DNA of 64,000 nucleotides from Macrostomum hystrix (GCA_950097015.1 CATNEN010000012.1:3100001-3164000), one strand, 5' to 3'; positions 11,700-37,207 are shown, counted from the stretch's first letter. The notes: generated by a model from the letters alone, not told the origin. Translations and numbers: made by a program.

Positions 11700-12476
11700 A
11701 CTGTGTGAGCGTCCTAACTGTGTGAGCGTCCTAACTGTATGAGCATCCTAACTGTGTGAGCATCTTAACTGTGTGAGCATCTTAACTGGGTGAGCATCTT
11801 AACTGGATGAGCATCTTAACTGGGTGAGCATCTTAACTGGATGAGCATCTTAACTGGGTGAGCATCTTAACTGGGTGAGCATCTTAACTGGGTGAGCATC
11901 TTAACTGGGTGAGCATCTTAACTGGGTGAGCATCTTAACTGGGTGAGCATCTTAACTGGGTGAGCATCTTAACTGGGTGAGCATCTTAACTGGGTGAGCA
12001 TCTTAACTGGGTGAGCATCTTAACTGGGTGAGCATCTTAATTGGGTGAGCATCTTAACTGGGTGAGCATCTTAACTGGGTGAGCATCTTAACTGGGTGAG
12101 CATCTTAACTGGGTGAGCATCTTAACTGGGTGAGCATCTTAACTGGGTGAGCATCTTAACTGGGTGAGCATCTTAACTGGGTGAGCATCTTAACTGGGTG
12201 AGCATCTTAACTGGGTGAGCATCTTAACTGGGTGAGCATCTTAACTGGGTGAGCATCTTAACTGTGTGAGCATCTTAACTGGGTGAGCATCTTAACTGGG
12301 TGAGCATCTTAACTGGGTGAGCATCTTAACTGGGTGAGCATCTTAACTGGGTGAGCATCTTAACTGGGTGAGCATCTTAACTGGGTGAGCATCTTAACTG
12401 GGTGAGCATCTTAACTGTGTGAGCATCTTAACTGGGTGAGCATCTTAACTGGGTGAGCATCTTAACTGGGTGAGCG
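11700..12476 (+). repeat. 17-bp minisatellite (ACTGGGTGAGCATCTTA)
   Basis: Read directly. Confidence 0.97.
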
Positions 12477-13114
12477 TTCTAGTCACAACAGCTGAATTTC
12501 AATATTATTGTTGTGAAGAAATCGAATGCTTGTCGACTATAACACATCTTTTGAGATCTAGTCTCGCAATAGCTTTTTTTAAATACTTAGAATTTTTCTT
12601 ATTGTTAGCATTCGGTAATTTTTCCAAGAAAACTGTAGGATCTAGGCGATAAAAACAAAAAGCATAAAAATAATAGTATTTGTTAAATTAAAACCCATTA
12701 CCTGCCATAGCCAACACCAAATGTCAGGTAGTACAAATAAGCAAGACTTTGGGTGCACATTGGTACTAGGAAAACGAGTACTGTTATTGATTATGGGGTG
12801 AGGAGTACATAGGATTGGAGTACTGATGATTGGGTGTACATTGGAGCAGGTGAGCATGAGTACATAAAGAGGGATATTGAAGGTTTGTGTTCAAAGGAAG
12901 TTAGAGATATACTTAAGTATGATTCCTTGGATGGAGATTCCGGCTAACAATTAACATTTGATCTAAACAAAGATTCAGTATGAAGATTTAAGTGTTTTCA
13001 TCTCATCAATTAATCAAGAAGCATACTCGTAGATGTCGAGCAGGTGAGGCGTTTCTCATTTAAAATGTCACTACTGAATCGCTAGCAAGTAGGACTCCAA
13101 AGAAAATAATGTGC

Positions 13115-25559
<12,445 letters not shown>

Positions 25560-25882
25560 CTGTGTTTGGTTGAATGGCTTAATTGGCTCAATAACTTGCT
25601 GAGACTGTGTTTGAGAACCACAAGTTTAAACAAGAACCTTGTTTAATTTGGGTCATTTGTGTACCGGTGTTGTGGATTTGAGTCATTTGTGTTTCAGAAT
25701 GGTGGATTTGGGTTATTTTGTACCAGTATTGTGAATGCGGGTAATTTGAGTACTGGCATTGTGGATTTGGGTCATTTTTGTACTCTTATTGTGAATTTAT
25801 GTCATATGTTATGTACCAGTATTGTGGATTTGGATCACTTGTGTACCGATCTGGTGGATTTGAGTTATTTGTGTACCGGTCT

Positions 25883-27163
25883 CGAAGGCTTTACGAAAGT
25901 CAATGAAGACGATGGACGCGTTTCGCAGTCGCGTCTTGCAGGCCTCGACAATGTACCGAATGGACGCGATCTGCTCCGTGGTGGATCTTCCTGGTCTGAA
26001 GCCGTTTTGAAGTTCTAGCAGCATGGGGTTCAGGACAGGGAGGAGCCGGTTGCGCAGCACAGTGTTCAACAGCTTCGGCAAGGTGCACTCCAGTGCGATG
26101 CCACGCTGATTGTCCAGGCTGGTGGAGGCGCCCTTCTTCGGGATCGAAACAATCCTAGACGTGCGCCAGAGCGGAGCGGCGGTGGCAGATTCGTCGCCTC
26201 CGAGGCAGCTGTGCAGGTTTGTAATGCTCTCAGTCAGCTATGACATTTTTAGCACCATAGGAGGCACCCCGTCAGCTCCAGAGGCGGCTTCGGCGCGCGT
26301 GCTCTTCAGCGCCTTGCTGACTTCCGTGGTCGTGACCGGCGCCATCCTGATGTGCTGCTCCCCGCGCTCGCCTACGCAGACGACATCGTGCTCATCTGCC
26401 GAGACCCAGCTGCAGCCCAGCGCGCTGTCTCCAGCATCTGCACTGAAGGCGCCTGAGTCGGCCTAAGCGTCAACGGCAGCAAGACGGAGGTACTGCACCT
26501 GGGGTTTGAGAACCCACCGCCCCTGACCCTGCCCAACGGTGAGGTCATCGCGGCGTGCAGCGACTTCCGCTACTTGGGTGTCCCGGTGATGAGCCCGGAT
26601 GTGATCATCGCGGACAGGAAGACCCAGGCCTGGCGCGCCGTTCACCAACTCAGGCCAGTCTTCACCTCCGGAGCGCGAGACGATCTGAAGATTCGACTGT
26701 TTCGCGCCGCCGTAGAGCCGATCCTATTCTACGGAATGGAGGCCATCCCGATGACCCCCACCCGAGAGCGGGTCCTAGATGGGATGCACCGAAATCTGCT
26801 GTGCCAGGCTTTAGATGTGCACTACCCTGAGACCATCTCGACGGCCCAGCTGACAGCGCGAGCTGGCGTGCCGCCCATGAGCGTCACCCTGCGCCGGCGG
26901 CGTCAGACCCTGCTGGGGCACTGCTTGCGGAGGACAGCCCGCGGCGAGGACAACCCCCTGGCTTTGGTCACCCTCAACCAGTCAACCGAGCGACTGCGTC
27001 GTGGCCAGGGTCGGATCCAGACTTTCGGCGCTACATTGGTGGCCGGCCTAGAAGCGATCGGTCTGACCCCGAGGACTGCTGCGATCTGCCCTGCCCCCCT
27101 TTTCCATGACCGCGTGCGCGCAAGAGTGCCCCGTTGACCATCATGCAATGTAATGCAATGTAA
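25883..27163. mobile_element. RTE-like non-LTR retrotransposon fragment with 5' inversion
   Basis: Minus strand ~26340-25883 encodes RT N-terminal motifs (SGADGVPP, SIPKKG, QNGFRPGRST, FIDFRKAF). Plus strand ~26340-27137 encodes LAYADDIVL, SKTE, FRYLG and the C-terminus. Tail (ATGCAATGTA)2-like. TSD-like TGTAC[C/T]GGTCT at 25872-25882 and 27164-27174. In-frame stops are present. Confidence 0.88.
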
Positions 27164-27485
27164 TGTACTGGTCTAGTGGATTTGGGTCATTTATGTACCA
27201 GTTTGTGTACCGACTTACCAACCCTGAACACTCGGTCAGCCTCAGTTGCCATGGCGGAAGTTGCTGTCAAACAGAAAATCGAAGCTGCCACCCAGAATGC
27301 CAGCAGTGTCATTGTCCTGCCACAAAAACGTTGGATAAAGCTTAGAGTCTTTGTTCTATTTTTTTCTAGGCAAATTCGAAAAAGCTAGACTGGATGATTT
27401 AGCAAAATTTTGTCAGTTTCAACCGCCGCACCTGTCTGGCATTGCTGCAAGTGCGCCATTGCGGACATTTCCAGGTGAAGGTTAC

Positions 27486-27573
27486 CCGCCCCCCCCCAAA
27501 ACCCGCCATTTGCCATCAGGCAAATAGCAAATTGAAGGAATCCAAGACCAGGATTAACAGCTATTAACAGCAT
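27486..27573 (-). CDS. Candidate first (signal-peptide) exon of the iGluR
   Basis: ATG-initiated hydrophobic stretch MLLIAVNPGLGFLQFAICLMANGGFWGGA followed by G|GTAAC. This phase-1 donor matches the phase-1 acceptor at 25559, but the signal peptide is atypical. Confidence 0.4.
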
Positions 27574-27818
27574 TGCGACAGCGCACTGTTCTAACAGTGG
27601 CTTCCCCTTAGACTAAGAGATCCTTCTTCGTTGCATTTCTAGAAATCTAGAATTCTCTTGGTCACAAAAACTGTTGCCTGTCATTATCTTTGAGAGGATT
27701 GCAGAATCAAGCGAACAGCTGTCTGTGATTGACTGGGATCTGATAGGATCTGTCCCGTTCGAATTACCAAATTTTTTTCAAAAAGAAGTTGTCGAAAATC
27801 AAGGAGTTAAACTTAGCA

Positions 27819-28251
27819 AATAGAATGGATTGCTAATCTATCCAGTGAACTCTGGTTCAATAGAATGGATTGCTAATCTATCCAGTGAACTCTGGTTCAA
27901 TAGAATGGATTGCAAATCTATCCAGTGAACTCTTGTTCAATAGAATGGATTGCTAATCTATCCAGTGAACTCTGGTTCAATAGAATGGATTGCTAATCTA
28001 TCCAGTGAACTCTTGTTCAATAGAATGGATTGCTAATCTATCCAGTGAACTCTTGTTCAATAGAATGGATTGCTAATCTATCCAGTGAACTCTGGTTCAA
28101 TAGAATGGATTGCTAATCTATCCAGTGAACTCTTGTTCAATAGAATGGATTGCTAATCTATCCAGTGAACTCTTGTTCAATAGAATGGATTGCTAATCTA
28201 TCCAGTGAACTCTGGTTCAATAGAATGGATTGCTAATCTATCCAGTGAACT
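27819..28251 (+). repeat. 40-bp minisatellite (CAATAGAATGGATTGCTAATCTATCCAGTGAACTCTGGTT)
   Basis: Read directly. Confidence 0.96.
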
Positions 28252-28326
28252 CGAGATGCAACAGTAGATTGACAAAGGAGAAAATGAATGAGACACAAAT
28301 TATCTGTCGAGTGATTGAGCTTACCC

Positions 28327-28724
28327 AGCAGGAAAGTTGTCAGCAGTTGGGTTGTCACTCTCAGGAAAGTTGTCAGCAGTTGGGTTGTCACTCACAGGAA
28401 AGTTGTCAGCAGTTGGGTTGTCACTCTCAGGAAAGTTGTCAGCAGTTGGGTTGTCACTCTCAGGAAAGTTGTCAGCAGTTGGGTTGTCACTCTCAGGAAA
28501 GTTGTCAGCAGTTGGGTTGTCACTCTCAGGAAAGTTGTCAGCAGTTGGGTTGTCACTCTCAGGAAAGTTGTCAGCAGTTGGGTTGTCACTCTCAGGAAAG
28601 TTGTCAGCAGTTGGGTTGTCACTCTCAGGAAAGTTGTCAGCAGTTGGGTTGTCACTCTCAGGAAAGTTGTCAGCAGTTGGGTTGTCACTCTCAGGAAAGT
28701 TGTCAGCAGTTGGGTTGTCACTCT
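28327..28724 (+). repeat. 33-bp minisatellite (CAGGAAAGTTGTCAGCAGTTGGGTTGTCACTCT)
   Basis: Read directly. It explains several spurious ORFs. Confidence 0.96.
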
Positions 28725-30250
28725 CTGGTTTCTCTACCGAGTCTTGCAAATCTTCTGGCGAGTTTTACTCTCAGTTTTAATTTGCGTGCGTTGCGGAAAT
28801 ACCAGAGTTGCCGAAGGACTTATCGGAAATTTATGACCGCAAATGACAGAATTCTGCTCTGGTCAGTCACTCAGGGACAGTCATTGCTTGGACCCTTGGC
28901 AGCTGCATTGCCCGATTGGCGGGCGCATTGGTGCGATTATAATCCCCACGCTTGCTGTCCCGTGTGCAATCCCATGGCTGTAGATCGGTTTGGAGGGAGG
29001 CAGGGGCGAGCAAGAGGGAGGAGTCGTTATATTTTTAACGAATCCCAATAAACTATGAGTCGGGTGGCACATCGGATAGCACCAAGTCCTGTCCACTGGA
29101 CTGCAGCAGCTACCACAGCGTTAGGGACATTCGATACGGTGTAGGGGAGAGACGAACTTGCCTGCCAGGAAGTTTGACCCACGCTTTCGATATAACCATG
29201 CATTTTTTCAGTTTTGCACTAGCTGTGACTAAAAGCAGTAGCAAGTAGAATCTGTAGTGCAAGCTTGAGCACACAAATGCGTATGAGTTAAACTGGTGTT
29301 TGTGTGTGAGTGTATCTTACCGCCCATTGACTCTCTCCTGAGCCGGCTGGTCAGGCGGATATTGTCAGAGAGGGTGCTGAGTGAAATGCGACTCTTTCAA
29401 GTTAAAAAAATAGTCAGGGACAGGGACAAGGCATTGGAGCTAGTGTGGCTTAATATCGTCGGCGGTGCGCTATAGAATCGTTCTGTAAAAGAAGCGTGTA
29501 GTCTCACATTTCTTCAGTACCATTGCTAGTAGGCATTGGCAGTGTCAGTCAAGTGCGTAAGCCTAAATGGATCTCATTGTCTAAAACTAGTGACTAAAAC
29601 TAGTAGAAAGTAGTTTGACTGCAAACAGACGCTAATAGCTTGGCTGATGATAAAAAGTTTGCCGACACAGGCGATAATGTAATGCATTTTCGCTTCGATA
29701 ATATAAGATGCCGAATGAGGCTCATCATAGGAAGGTCGAGTTGTTGAGTGGTAAACTAGTTCAACCTCTCACTCTAATAACAATACAATATGACAATTGT
29801 GACATTATTCACATTATTGTATTATTACATGACAAAATTGATATAGAAACGAAAGGTAGGCGATTGTAACTAAAAATGTCTTTTTAAAGAGATCTAACCG
29901 CTGTCTATTTTGTATTTCCTCGCATCTGCTGGTTTGTTGGTTATGGGTGTACGAATATTTAGTAGAGTTAAACGCAAGAGGTCATAGATGTGTTACTCAG
30001 TACGCCTTACTGCGGCTCAGGCTGGTCACGTTGTCATTGTCTCCAACAGATCGAGGTACAAGTATAGGCTTTAGAAAGAAGAAAAAGGAATGTGTTTTCT
30101 GACTTGTCGGTGAGTATTTTTTCCGAGCTTGTGAGACACTGAGCCGAAGGAAAAAATGTTTTTCAACAGTTGCTTGCTATCAACACGGGTGATGAGTCGT
30201 TGAATGAGTTCTCCTCGGCTTTGGCTCGGCTATAGACATCCGTTGGCTAA

Positions 30251-30865
30251 CTAGATTGGCGGCAGGTGGGTCCTAAATCCGCCGTCCATCCCATCGGGAC
30301 CGAAACCTCGGCAGGAATGGTGCGGATCTTCTAGCGGGAAGCCGATGTACCCTGCATTTGCCTGATTACCATAGAAGAATGCCATTTCTGGGCTCATAAC
30401 TTCTTGTCCAGAATTGTTGCTGGGATATCCGTTCCAGTTGCCGAACCCGGCCATCGAATTCTCCACGCAGCTACTGATGTTGTTTGTGTTGGAGTTGCTG
30501 CCATCAGTGCCCTGAGTTTTTTCGGCCTCGCCCACCGCGTATTTCTTGAGAACCGCCCAGACGGCCTTTTTGTAGTTCTCTTGGCATTTGAGAATGTCCT
30601 TGCGGAAGCCTTGCATGTTCATGTCCACACCGAGGCACTGGGCATGAATGAACGGATTGAAATAGCACATTTGCTCGTTCCGATTGTCCCGCGGAAGGCA
30701 AAACGGATCGAAGAAGCCGCGATCTGCGAAACGGCGTGGCTGCATGCAATTCACGTTCTGCATGCCCATGTTCATACCCATGCCCATGTCCATGCCCATG
30801 CCGCCGCCGCCGCCGCCGCCGCCACCGCCACAGCTGCCGATGCCCCCGAAAGCGCCGCAGGACAT
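30251..30865 (-). CDS. Gly/Met/Cys-rich protein of unknown function, 204 aa, single exon
   Basis: GC-rich, non-tandem ORF (MSCGAFGGIGSCGGGG...MGMDMGMGMNMGM...) with a natural-looking globular middle. The good ATG is at 30865 (track start 30931). No family recognised. Confidence 0.65.
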   Translation of the reverse strand: MSCGAFGGIGSCGGGGGGGGGGMGMDMGMGMNMGMQNVNCMQPRRFADRGFFDPFCLPRDNRNEQMCYFNPFIHAQCLGVDMNMQGFRKDILKCQENYKKAVWAVLKKYAVGEAEKTQGTDGSNSNTNNISSCVENSMAGFGNWNGYPSNNSGQEVMSPEMAFFYGNQANAGYIGFPLEDPHHSCRGFGPDGMDGGFRTHLPPI

Positions 30866-31325
30866 GTTGTCACTTAGTCGAGAAGGTTGACGAATGTGAC
30901 TGCTCGGGCAAATATGCCCTTTTTGATTCAACTCAGCTTTTTCTTATGGTCTACTAACTTTGCCAGGGTGGCAGAGGGTGATAAGGAGGGCGCGGCAGTC
31001 TGAGCGCATTTGCCTTCCACGTCTATGGCCAGAACTGAGTGAACTGAGTGGTGGGGTCAGCCAAACATGTGAGCTTTGGGTGTACTTTTAGAGACACTAT
31101 ATTTATACCGAAAAATAATGCAATATTTCATTTAGAAAATCATAAAACTCAGAGTGTACCGAAGAACGGAACAAGGTATATTTACGACGATTATGCACGT
31201 TCTATTGTACTAATCACTTCAGCACGTAGTAGAAGCCGAATTTTTAAGTAAAAAATGTTTTAAACAACGATTGATAATATTGCAAAATACAAGTACTCGT
31301 AATCTTAGTCTTAATCTCGATCTTG

Positions 31326-32833
31326 TTCTCAATCCAACTGTTTATACTGATTAGATCCAGTCCGTCATTCAGTGATGTCAGTTCTCGATCCAACTGTTTA
31401 TACTGATTAGATCCAGTCCGTCATTCAGTGATGTCAGTTCTCAATCCAACTGTTTATACTGATTAGATCCTGTCCGTCATTCAGTGATGTCAGTTCTCAA
31501 TCCAACTGTTTATACTGATTAGATCCAGTCCGTCATTCAGTGATGTCAGTTCTCAATCCAGCTGTTTATACTGATTAGATCCAGTCCGTCATTCAGTGAT
31601 GTCAGTTCTCAATCCAACTGTTTATACTGATTAGATCCTGTCCGTCATTCAGTGATGTCAGTTCTCAATCCAACTGTTTATACTGATTAGATCCAGTCCG
31701 TCATTCAGTGATGTCAGTTCTCAATCCAACTGTTTATACTGATTAGATCCTGTCCGTCATTCAGTGATGTCAGTTCTCAATCCAACTGTTTATACTGATT
31801 AGATCCAGTCCGTCATTCAGTGATGTCAGTTCTCAATCCAACTGTTTATACTGATTAGATCCAGTCCGTCATTCAGTGATGTCAGTTCTCGATCCAACTG
31901 TTTATACTGATTAGATCCTGTCCGTCATTCAGTGATGTCAGTTCTCAATCCAACTGTTTATACTGATTAGATCCAGTCCGTCATTCAGTGATGTCAGTTC
32001 TCAATCCAACTGTTTATACTGATTAGATCCTGTCCGTCATTCAGTGATGTCAGTTCTCAATCCAACTGTTTATACTGATTAGATCCAGTCCGTCATTCAG
32101 TGATGTCAGTTCTCAATCCAACTGTTTATACTGATTAGATCCAGTCCGTCATTCAGTGATGTCAGTTCTCGATCCAACTGTTTATACTGATTAGATCCAG
32201 TCCGTCATTCAGTGATGTCAGTTCTCAATCCAGCTGTTTATACTGATTAGATCCTGTCCGTCATTCAGTGATGTCAGTTCTCAATCCAACTGTTTATACT
32301 GATTAGATCCAGTCCGTCATTCAGTGATGTCAGTTCTCAATCCAACTGTTTATACTGATTAGATCCTGTCCGTCATTCAGTGATGTCAGTTCTCAATCCA
32401 ACTGTTTATACTGATTAGATCCAGTCCGTCATTCAGTGATGTCAGTTCTCAATCCAACTGTTTATACTGATTAGATCCAGTCCGTCATTCAGTGATGTCA
32501 GTTCTCAATCCAGCTGTTTATACTGATTAGATCCAGTCCGTCATTCAGTGATGTCAGTTCTCGATCCAACTGTTTATACTGATTAGATCCAGTCCGTCAT
32601 TCAGTGATGTCAGTTCTCAATCCAACTGTTTATACTGATTAGATCCTGTCCGTCATTCAGTGATGTCAGTTCTCAATCCAACTGTTTATACTGATTAGAT
32701 CCAGTCCGTCATTCAGTGATGTCAGTTCTCAATCCAGCTGTTTATACTGATTAGATCCAGTCCGTCATTCAGTGATGTCAGTTCTCAATCCAACTGTTTA
32801 TACTGATTAGATCCAGTCCGTCATTCAGTGATC
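31326..32833 (+). repeat. 56-bp minisatellite
   Basis: Unit TCTCAATCCAACTGTTTATACTGATTAGATCCAGTCCGTCATTCAGTGATGTCAGT, about 27 copies. Confidence 0.97.
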
Positions 32834-33622
32834 TCAATAATGCTACTCCTTGGACCTTTCTAAGAACTATAATAAATGGGTCATTTTTTTCCATGTGAAC
32901 AATTAGGCCCTGGCTCCTGGGTCTTACTTGATCCTTCAGTGAATGAGCTTTCAATGAAGATCTTGTTAACCACTTCAATATCAAAGGCATGTAAATTTTT
33001 CACTGATTTAACAAACTGCTGCTTCGCAATCTACTCCCAATGCACAAGTAGCAGCGAGCAAGAATGTTCAAGTGCAAAGCACTTTATCAAAGCCGGTCTC
33101 CATCTGCTTGCTGCATGCCATGACTTCGCCTTAGATTAGACTCTGATTGAGACTGGCGCGTGGGTGTTTTTCAGCTTCCTGTCCCGTCGCGCCGTCTCCC
33201 AAGTTTTTTTAGATAGTCTTGCTGTCGCAAGCCGACAACATGGGAGAATGTGTCCGGTATGAAAAGGCGTTTGGGAATTAGGATCAGCGCTTTTCCTGTC
33301 GCACCACATGTCCCATCTATCTCTGTATAGAAATATTTTTTTAAAGTCGAGACGGCCCTCTCTAGCTCTCAAGCCTTCCAGTAATAGTGGAGACAGAGCG
33401 CATTCTCGGGTACTTCCTGAGTCCCTGGATTCCTCAATGCACGCATTTTAGCCTTGCATCTCGCCTATATTACCTGCCTTACCTGCTGTGCTCATGAGTG
33501 AGTGAAGCTGGCATCAACCGCCCAATAGCCTTCTAGCCCGCTTATTAATTGGTGCTGCTCGGAGCATTAATATCCATGAGGCGCCTTTACTGCCCGGACA
33601 CAGCCATATGACCTACTAGTAG

Positions 33623-33829
33623 CAGTCAATTGGAGCAGCTGCGGCGACGAACTCAAGCAAGAAGACGAACCAGCAGCGGCTTCCACGCTGTAACACGTGC
33701 ATGGCTTGGATAAAGTGCTGCTGCGAGACTAAATTTCAAATATTCATTGCCATCATTACCTGCTTGGCCATGGCCATCACAATCTTTATCATCCTGGCTA
33801 TGGGAGACGTCTTCAGGTCGTGGTGGTGA
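33623..33829 (+). CDS. Possible terminal exon or small ORF of a single-pass, tail-anchored membrane protein
   Basis: After a TAG acceptor: QSIGAAAATNSSKKTNQQRLPRCNTCMAWIKCCCETKFQIFIAIITCLAMAITIFIILAMGDVFRSWW*. It has a clear hydrophobic helix with juxtamembrane CCC. No upstream exon was identified. Confidence 0.4.
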   Translation, partial: QSIGAAAATNSSKKTNQQRLPRCNTCMAWIKCCCETKFQIFIAIITCLAMAITIFIILAMGDVFRSWW

Positions 33830-34226
33830 CAGCTGCTGTTGGCTGGTAGTTGGACAGTATATCAAGGATATCAATTGACACTTCACTGGATGTATAGCAA
33901 ATCTTCATAAACCTGCATCTGATTTATTTTTTTAAAATAGCAATTAAAGCATTTGTTAGATTAAAACTGTTTGTTCACATGCATAGATAAATTACACACC
34001 GATTTGCAAGCTGGAATTATTGTCGCTTTTCTGCAACTGCTTTGACTTGGTTTTTTTCCAGTCGCAGTCTTGTTAGCAAGCCGTAAAAACTTATACAGTC
34101 ATTTTAGTCTGTGAATTAAAATATTTTAATTATTATATTTAAATATTTAATTATATTTTATATAGCGGCAAGGGAGAGATCAGACTCGTGAGAGAGAAGT
34201 TCCAGGAGACATGGGACACGGGAGAT

Positions 34227-34418
34227 GAGGTTGGTTGCTAGGTAATTAGGTTGGTTGTTAAGTAAGTAGGTGAGTTTCTAGGTAAGTAGGTTGGTTGCTA
34301 GGTAAGTAGGTTGGTTGCTAGGCAAGTATGTTGATTGCTATGTAAATGGTTGCTAGGTAAGTAGGTTGATTGCTAGGTAAGTAGGTGGGTTGCTAAGTAA
34401 GTAGGTTGGTTGCTAGGT
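34227..34418 (+). repeat. 20-bp minisatellite (GTAGGTTGGTTGCTAGGTAA)
   Basis: Read directly. Confidence 0.9.
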
Positions 34419-34943
34419 ATAAGGTATAGAGCTACGTTCGAGTTGTGGTATTTTCTGTTCTGACCTATGTTTAACTTTCTCATATGTTCTTTTATTTACT
34501 AATTGAGCGATATATACAGACTGGGAAGTTAACATTCGAAAGGCTTTTAAACTTTTAAAACTTTTTAAAACTACTTCCAGTAGCGTTCAAGGTGTACTAA
34601 ATCTGTATTGCATTTTTACTAGTTTGATAACTTTTCCTAACTTGATTCGTATGATGATTTTAACTTTGCAGCCTTATTTATTACTGTTTGCGACCTGTCA
34701 TTCAGTCTTAACTATATTCTAAACTGTTGTAGCATTCACAAATTTACAAAATTTCTGCTTTTTTGGCACTCTCCAATTAAACATAGGGCCCAGAATTGCT
34801 CTGGGTTGTATAATAAACTTTATAAACGCTGTTATTTATAAACTTTGAATTAAATAGAGGGTACTAAATATCAGCAGTTTCACTGCTGATAAGTATTTTT
34901 GGAATTCTATTTTGTTTGTCAGAGTACAAAGCTCATAAATTGG

Positions 34944-35965
34944 CTCTCCACCGACTAACTTGGGACATGCTCCAGTCAGTGTACACCGAACCCCTTCCCC
35001 ACCGACTAGCCTGGATGAATGGGGAATGCTCCAGTCAGTGTACACTGAATCCCTTCCCCACCGACTAGCCTGGGGAATGCTCCACTCAGTGTACACTGAA
35101 TCCCTTCCCCACCGACTAGCCTGTATGAATGGGGAATGCTCCAATGAGTGTACACTTAACCCCTTCCCCACCAACTAGCCTGGATGAATGGGGAATGCTC
35201 CACTCAGTGTACACCGAACCCCTTCCACACCGACTAGCCTGGATGAATGGGGAATGCTCCACTCAGTGTACACTGAACCCCTTCCCCACCAACTAGCCTG
35301 GATGAATGGGGAATGCTCCACTCAGTGTACACTGAACCCCTTCCACACCGACTAGCCTGGATGAATGGGGAATGCTCCACTCAGTGTACACCGAACCCCT
35401 TCCCCACCGACTAGCCTGGATGAATGGGGAATGCTCCACTCAGTGTACACTGAATCCCTTCCCCACCGACTAGCCTGGGGAATGCTCCACTCAGTGTACA
35501 CTGAATCCCTTCCCCACCGACTAGCCTGGGGAATCCTCCACTCAGTGTACACTGAATCCCTTCCCCACCGACTAGCCTGGGGAATCCTCCACTCAGTGTA
35601 CACTGAATCCCTTCCCCACCGACTAGCCTGGGGAATCCTCCACTCAGTGTACACTGAATCCCTTCCCCACCGACTAGCCTGGGGAATCCTCCACTCAGTG
35701 TACACTGAATCCCTTCCCCACCGACTAGCCTGGGGAATCCTCCACTCAGTGTACACTGAATCCCTTCCCCACCGACTAGCCTGGGGAATCCTCCACTCAG
35801 TGTACACTGAATCCCTTCCCCACCGACTAGCCTGGGGAATCCTCCACTCAGTGTACACTGAATCCCTTCCCCACCGACTAGCCTGGGGAATCCTCCACTC
35901 AGTGTACACTGAATCCCTTCCCCACCGACTAGCCTGGGGAATCCTCCACTCAGTGTACACTGAAC
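34944..35965 (+). repeat. 51/60-bp minisatellite with internal palindrome TCAGTGTACACTGA
   Basis: Head-to-tail units without spacers. The 60-bp variant carries a 9-bp insertion. Confidence 0.96.
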
Positions 35966-36808
35966 CTTGCACTGCACCAACCTCAGTGGCATTTAGTTTT
36001 TCTATTCGGCGCCACTGCTTGAATTACTAAACTGCTTTACTTTATATAGCTGGTGTACTGCAGTTAAAAGAAATTCGTTTTCATTCGTTTTTTATTAAAA
36101 ATCATTCTCTGAGGGTGCCTTACTATCATTTCTTAATGATTTTTCTGCTCATAAGAGCAGGTTTTGTCATTAAGCAGGTTACTCAATTCCATAGTACTTC
36201 AGGCATCAAGCAAGCTGTAAAAAATGGATACCAGCATCAGCTAAACCTATGAAAGGTCGGTATGTGCAATATTAGCGTACATAATAGTACACGTGTCAGT
36301 GGAAAAGATCTCGCGGAGTCCTGACTTCCACTCTGTATTTGTTTTGCTCCAGTCGGCCTTGATACGCCCAGCTGTCCGATTGCGAAGAGTAAAGACCCAG
36401 CACTTGAAGCTCAGAGCCAGAATAAGGCCGGTAAACAAGCTGTTTTCATTCAAGCATAGCCGGCAGTGTTATTAAAAAAAGTTTGTGCAAAAGTGCATCA
36501 AAAATGTTTGGCGCAAACTCTGTCTGTATTTAGGATGTTGACAGCTATAAAGCACTTAGTTCTTTGACGCGTCACTGTTGACGTTGGTGTGACAACAGCT
36601 AACCATTGAGGTTGATATGCGCCAGTGTGTCCAATGCTGTCTATGAGAAGCTACTCATTACATTGTATTGGTCTGTTCTGCTGGCTTGCATGCACGGAAG
36701 CTCTGTTGGAAATATGAAATAGGATGCCCGCTTCGTAAATTGTGAAAGATAGAATCCGGGAATCACTAAAGCTGCTAAATTACCTTCATTCCCTTCGGAG
36801 TAGATGAA

Positions 36809-37207
36809 CTGTCTCATCTCCCGTCTCGAATGTCTCACGTAACTTCTCTCTCCCGTGTCTCGTCTCTCCCGTGTCTTATCTCTTCCTTGTCTCATCTCTC
36901 CCGTGTCTCATCTCTCCCGTGTCTCATCTCTCCCGTGTCTCGTCTCTCCCGTGTCTCATCTCTCCCGTGTCTCATCTCTCCCGTGTCTCATCTCTCCCGT
37001 GTCTCGTCTCTCCCGTGTCTCATCTCTCCCGTGTCTTATCTCTTCCTTGTCTCATCTCTCCCGTGTCTCGTCTCTCCCGTGTCTCATCTCTCCCCTGTCT
37101 CATCTCTCCCGTGTCTCATCTCTCCCGTGTCTCATCTCTCACGTGTCTCATCTCTCCCGTGTCTCATCTCTCCCGTGTCTCATCTCTACCGTGTCTTATC
37201 TCTCTAG
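36809..37207 (+). repeat. 17-bp minisatellite (CCCGTGTCTCATCTCT-type, same family as 3855), interrupted by a hAT element; resumes at 38202-38245
   Basis: Read directly. Confidence 0.93.

Noticed and set aside
34944-35965. CRISPR-like palindromic repeats (also the 56-, 40-, 39- and 32-bp arrays)
   Set aside because: Units are head-to-tail with no unique spacers, there are no cas genes, and the context is eukaryotic.
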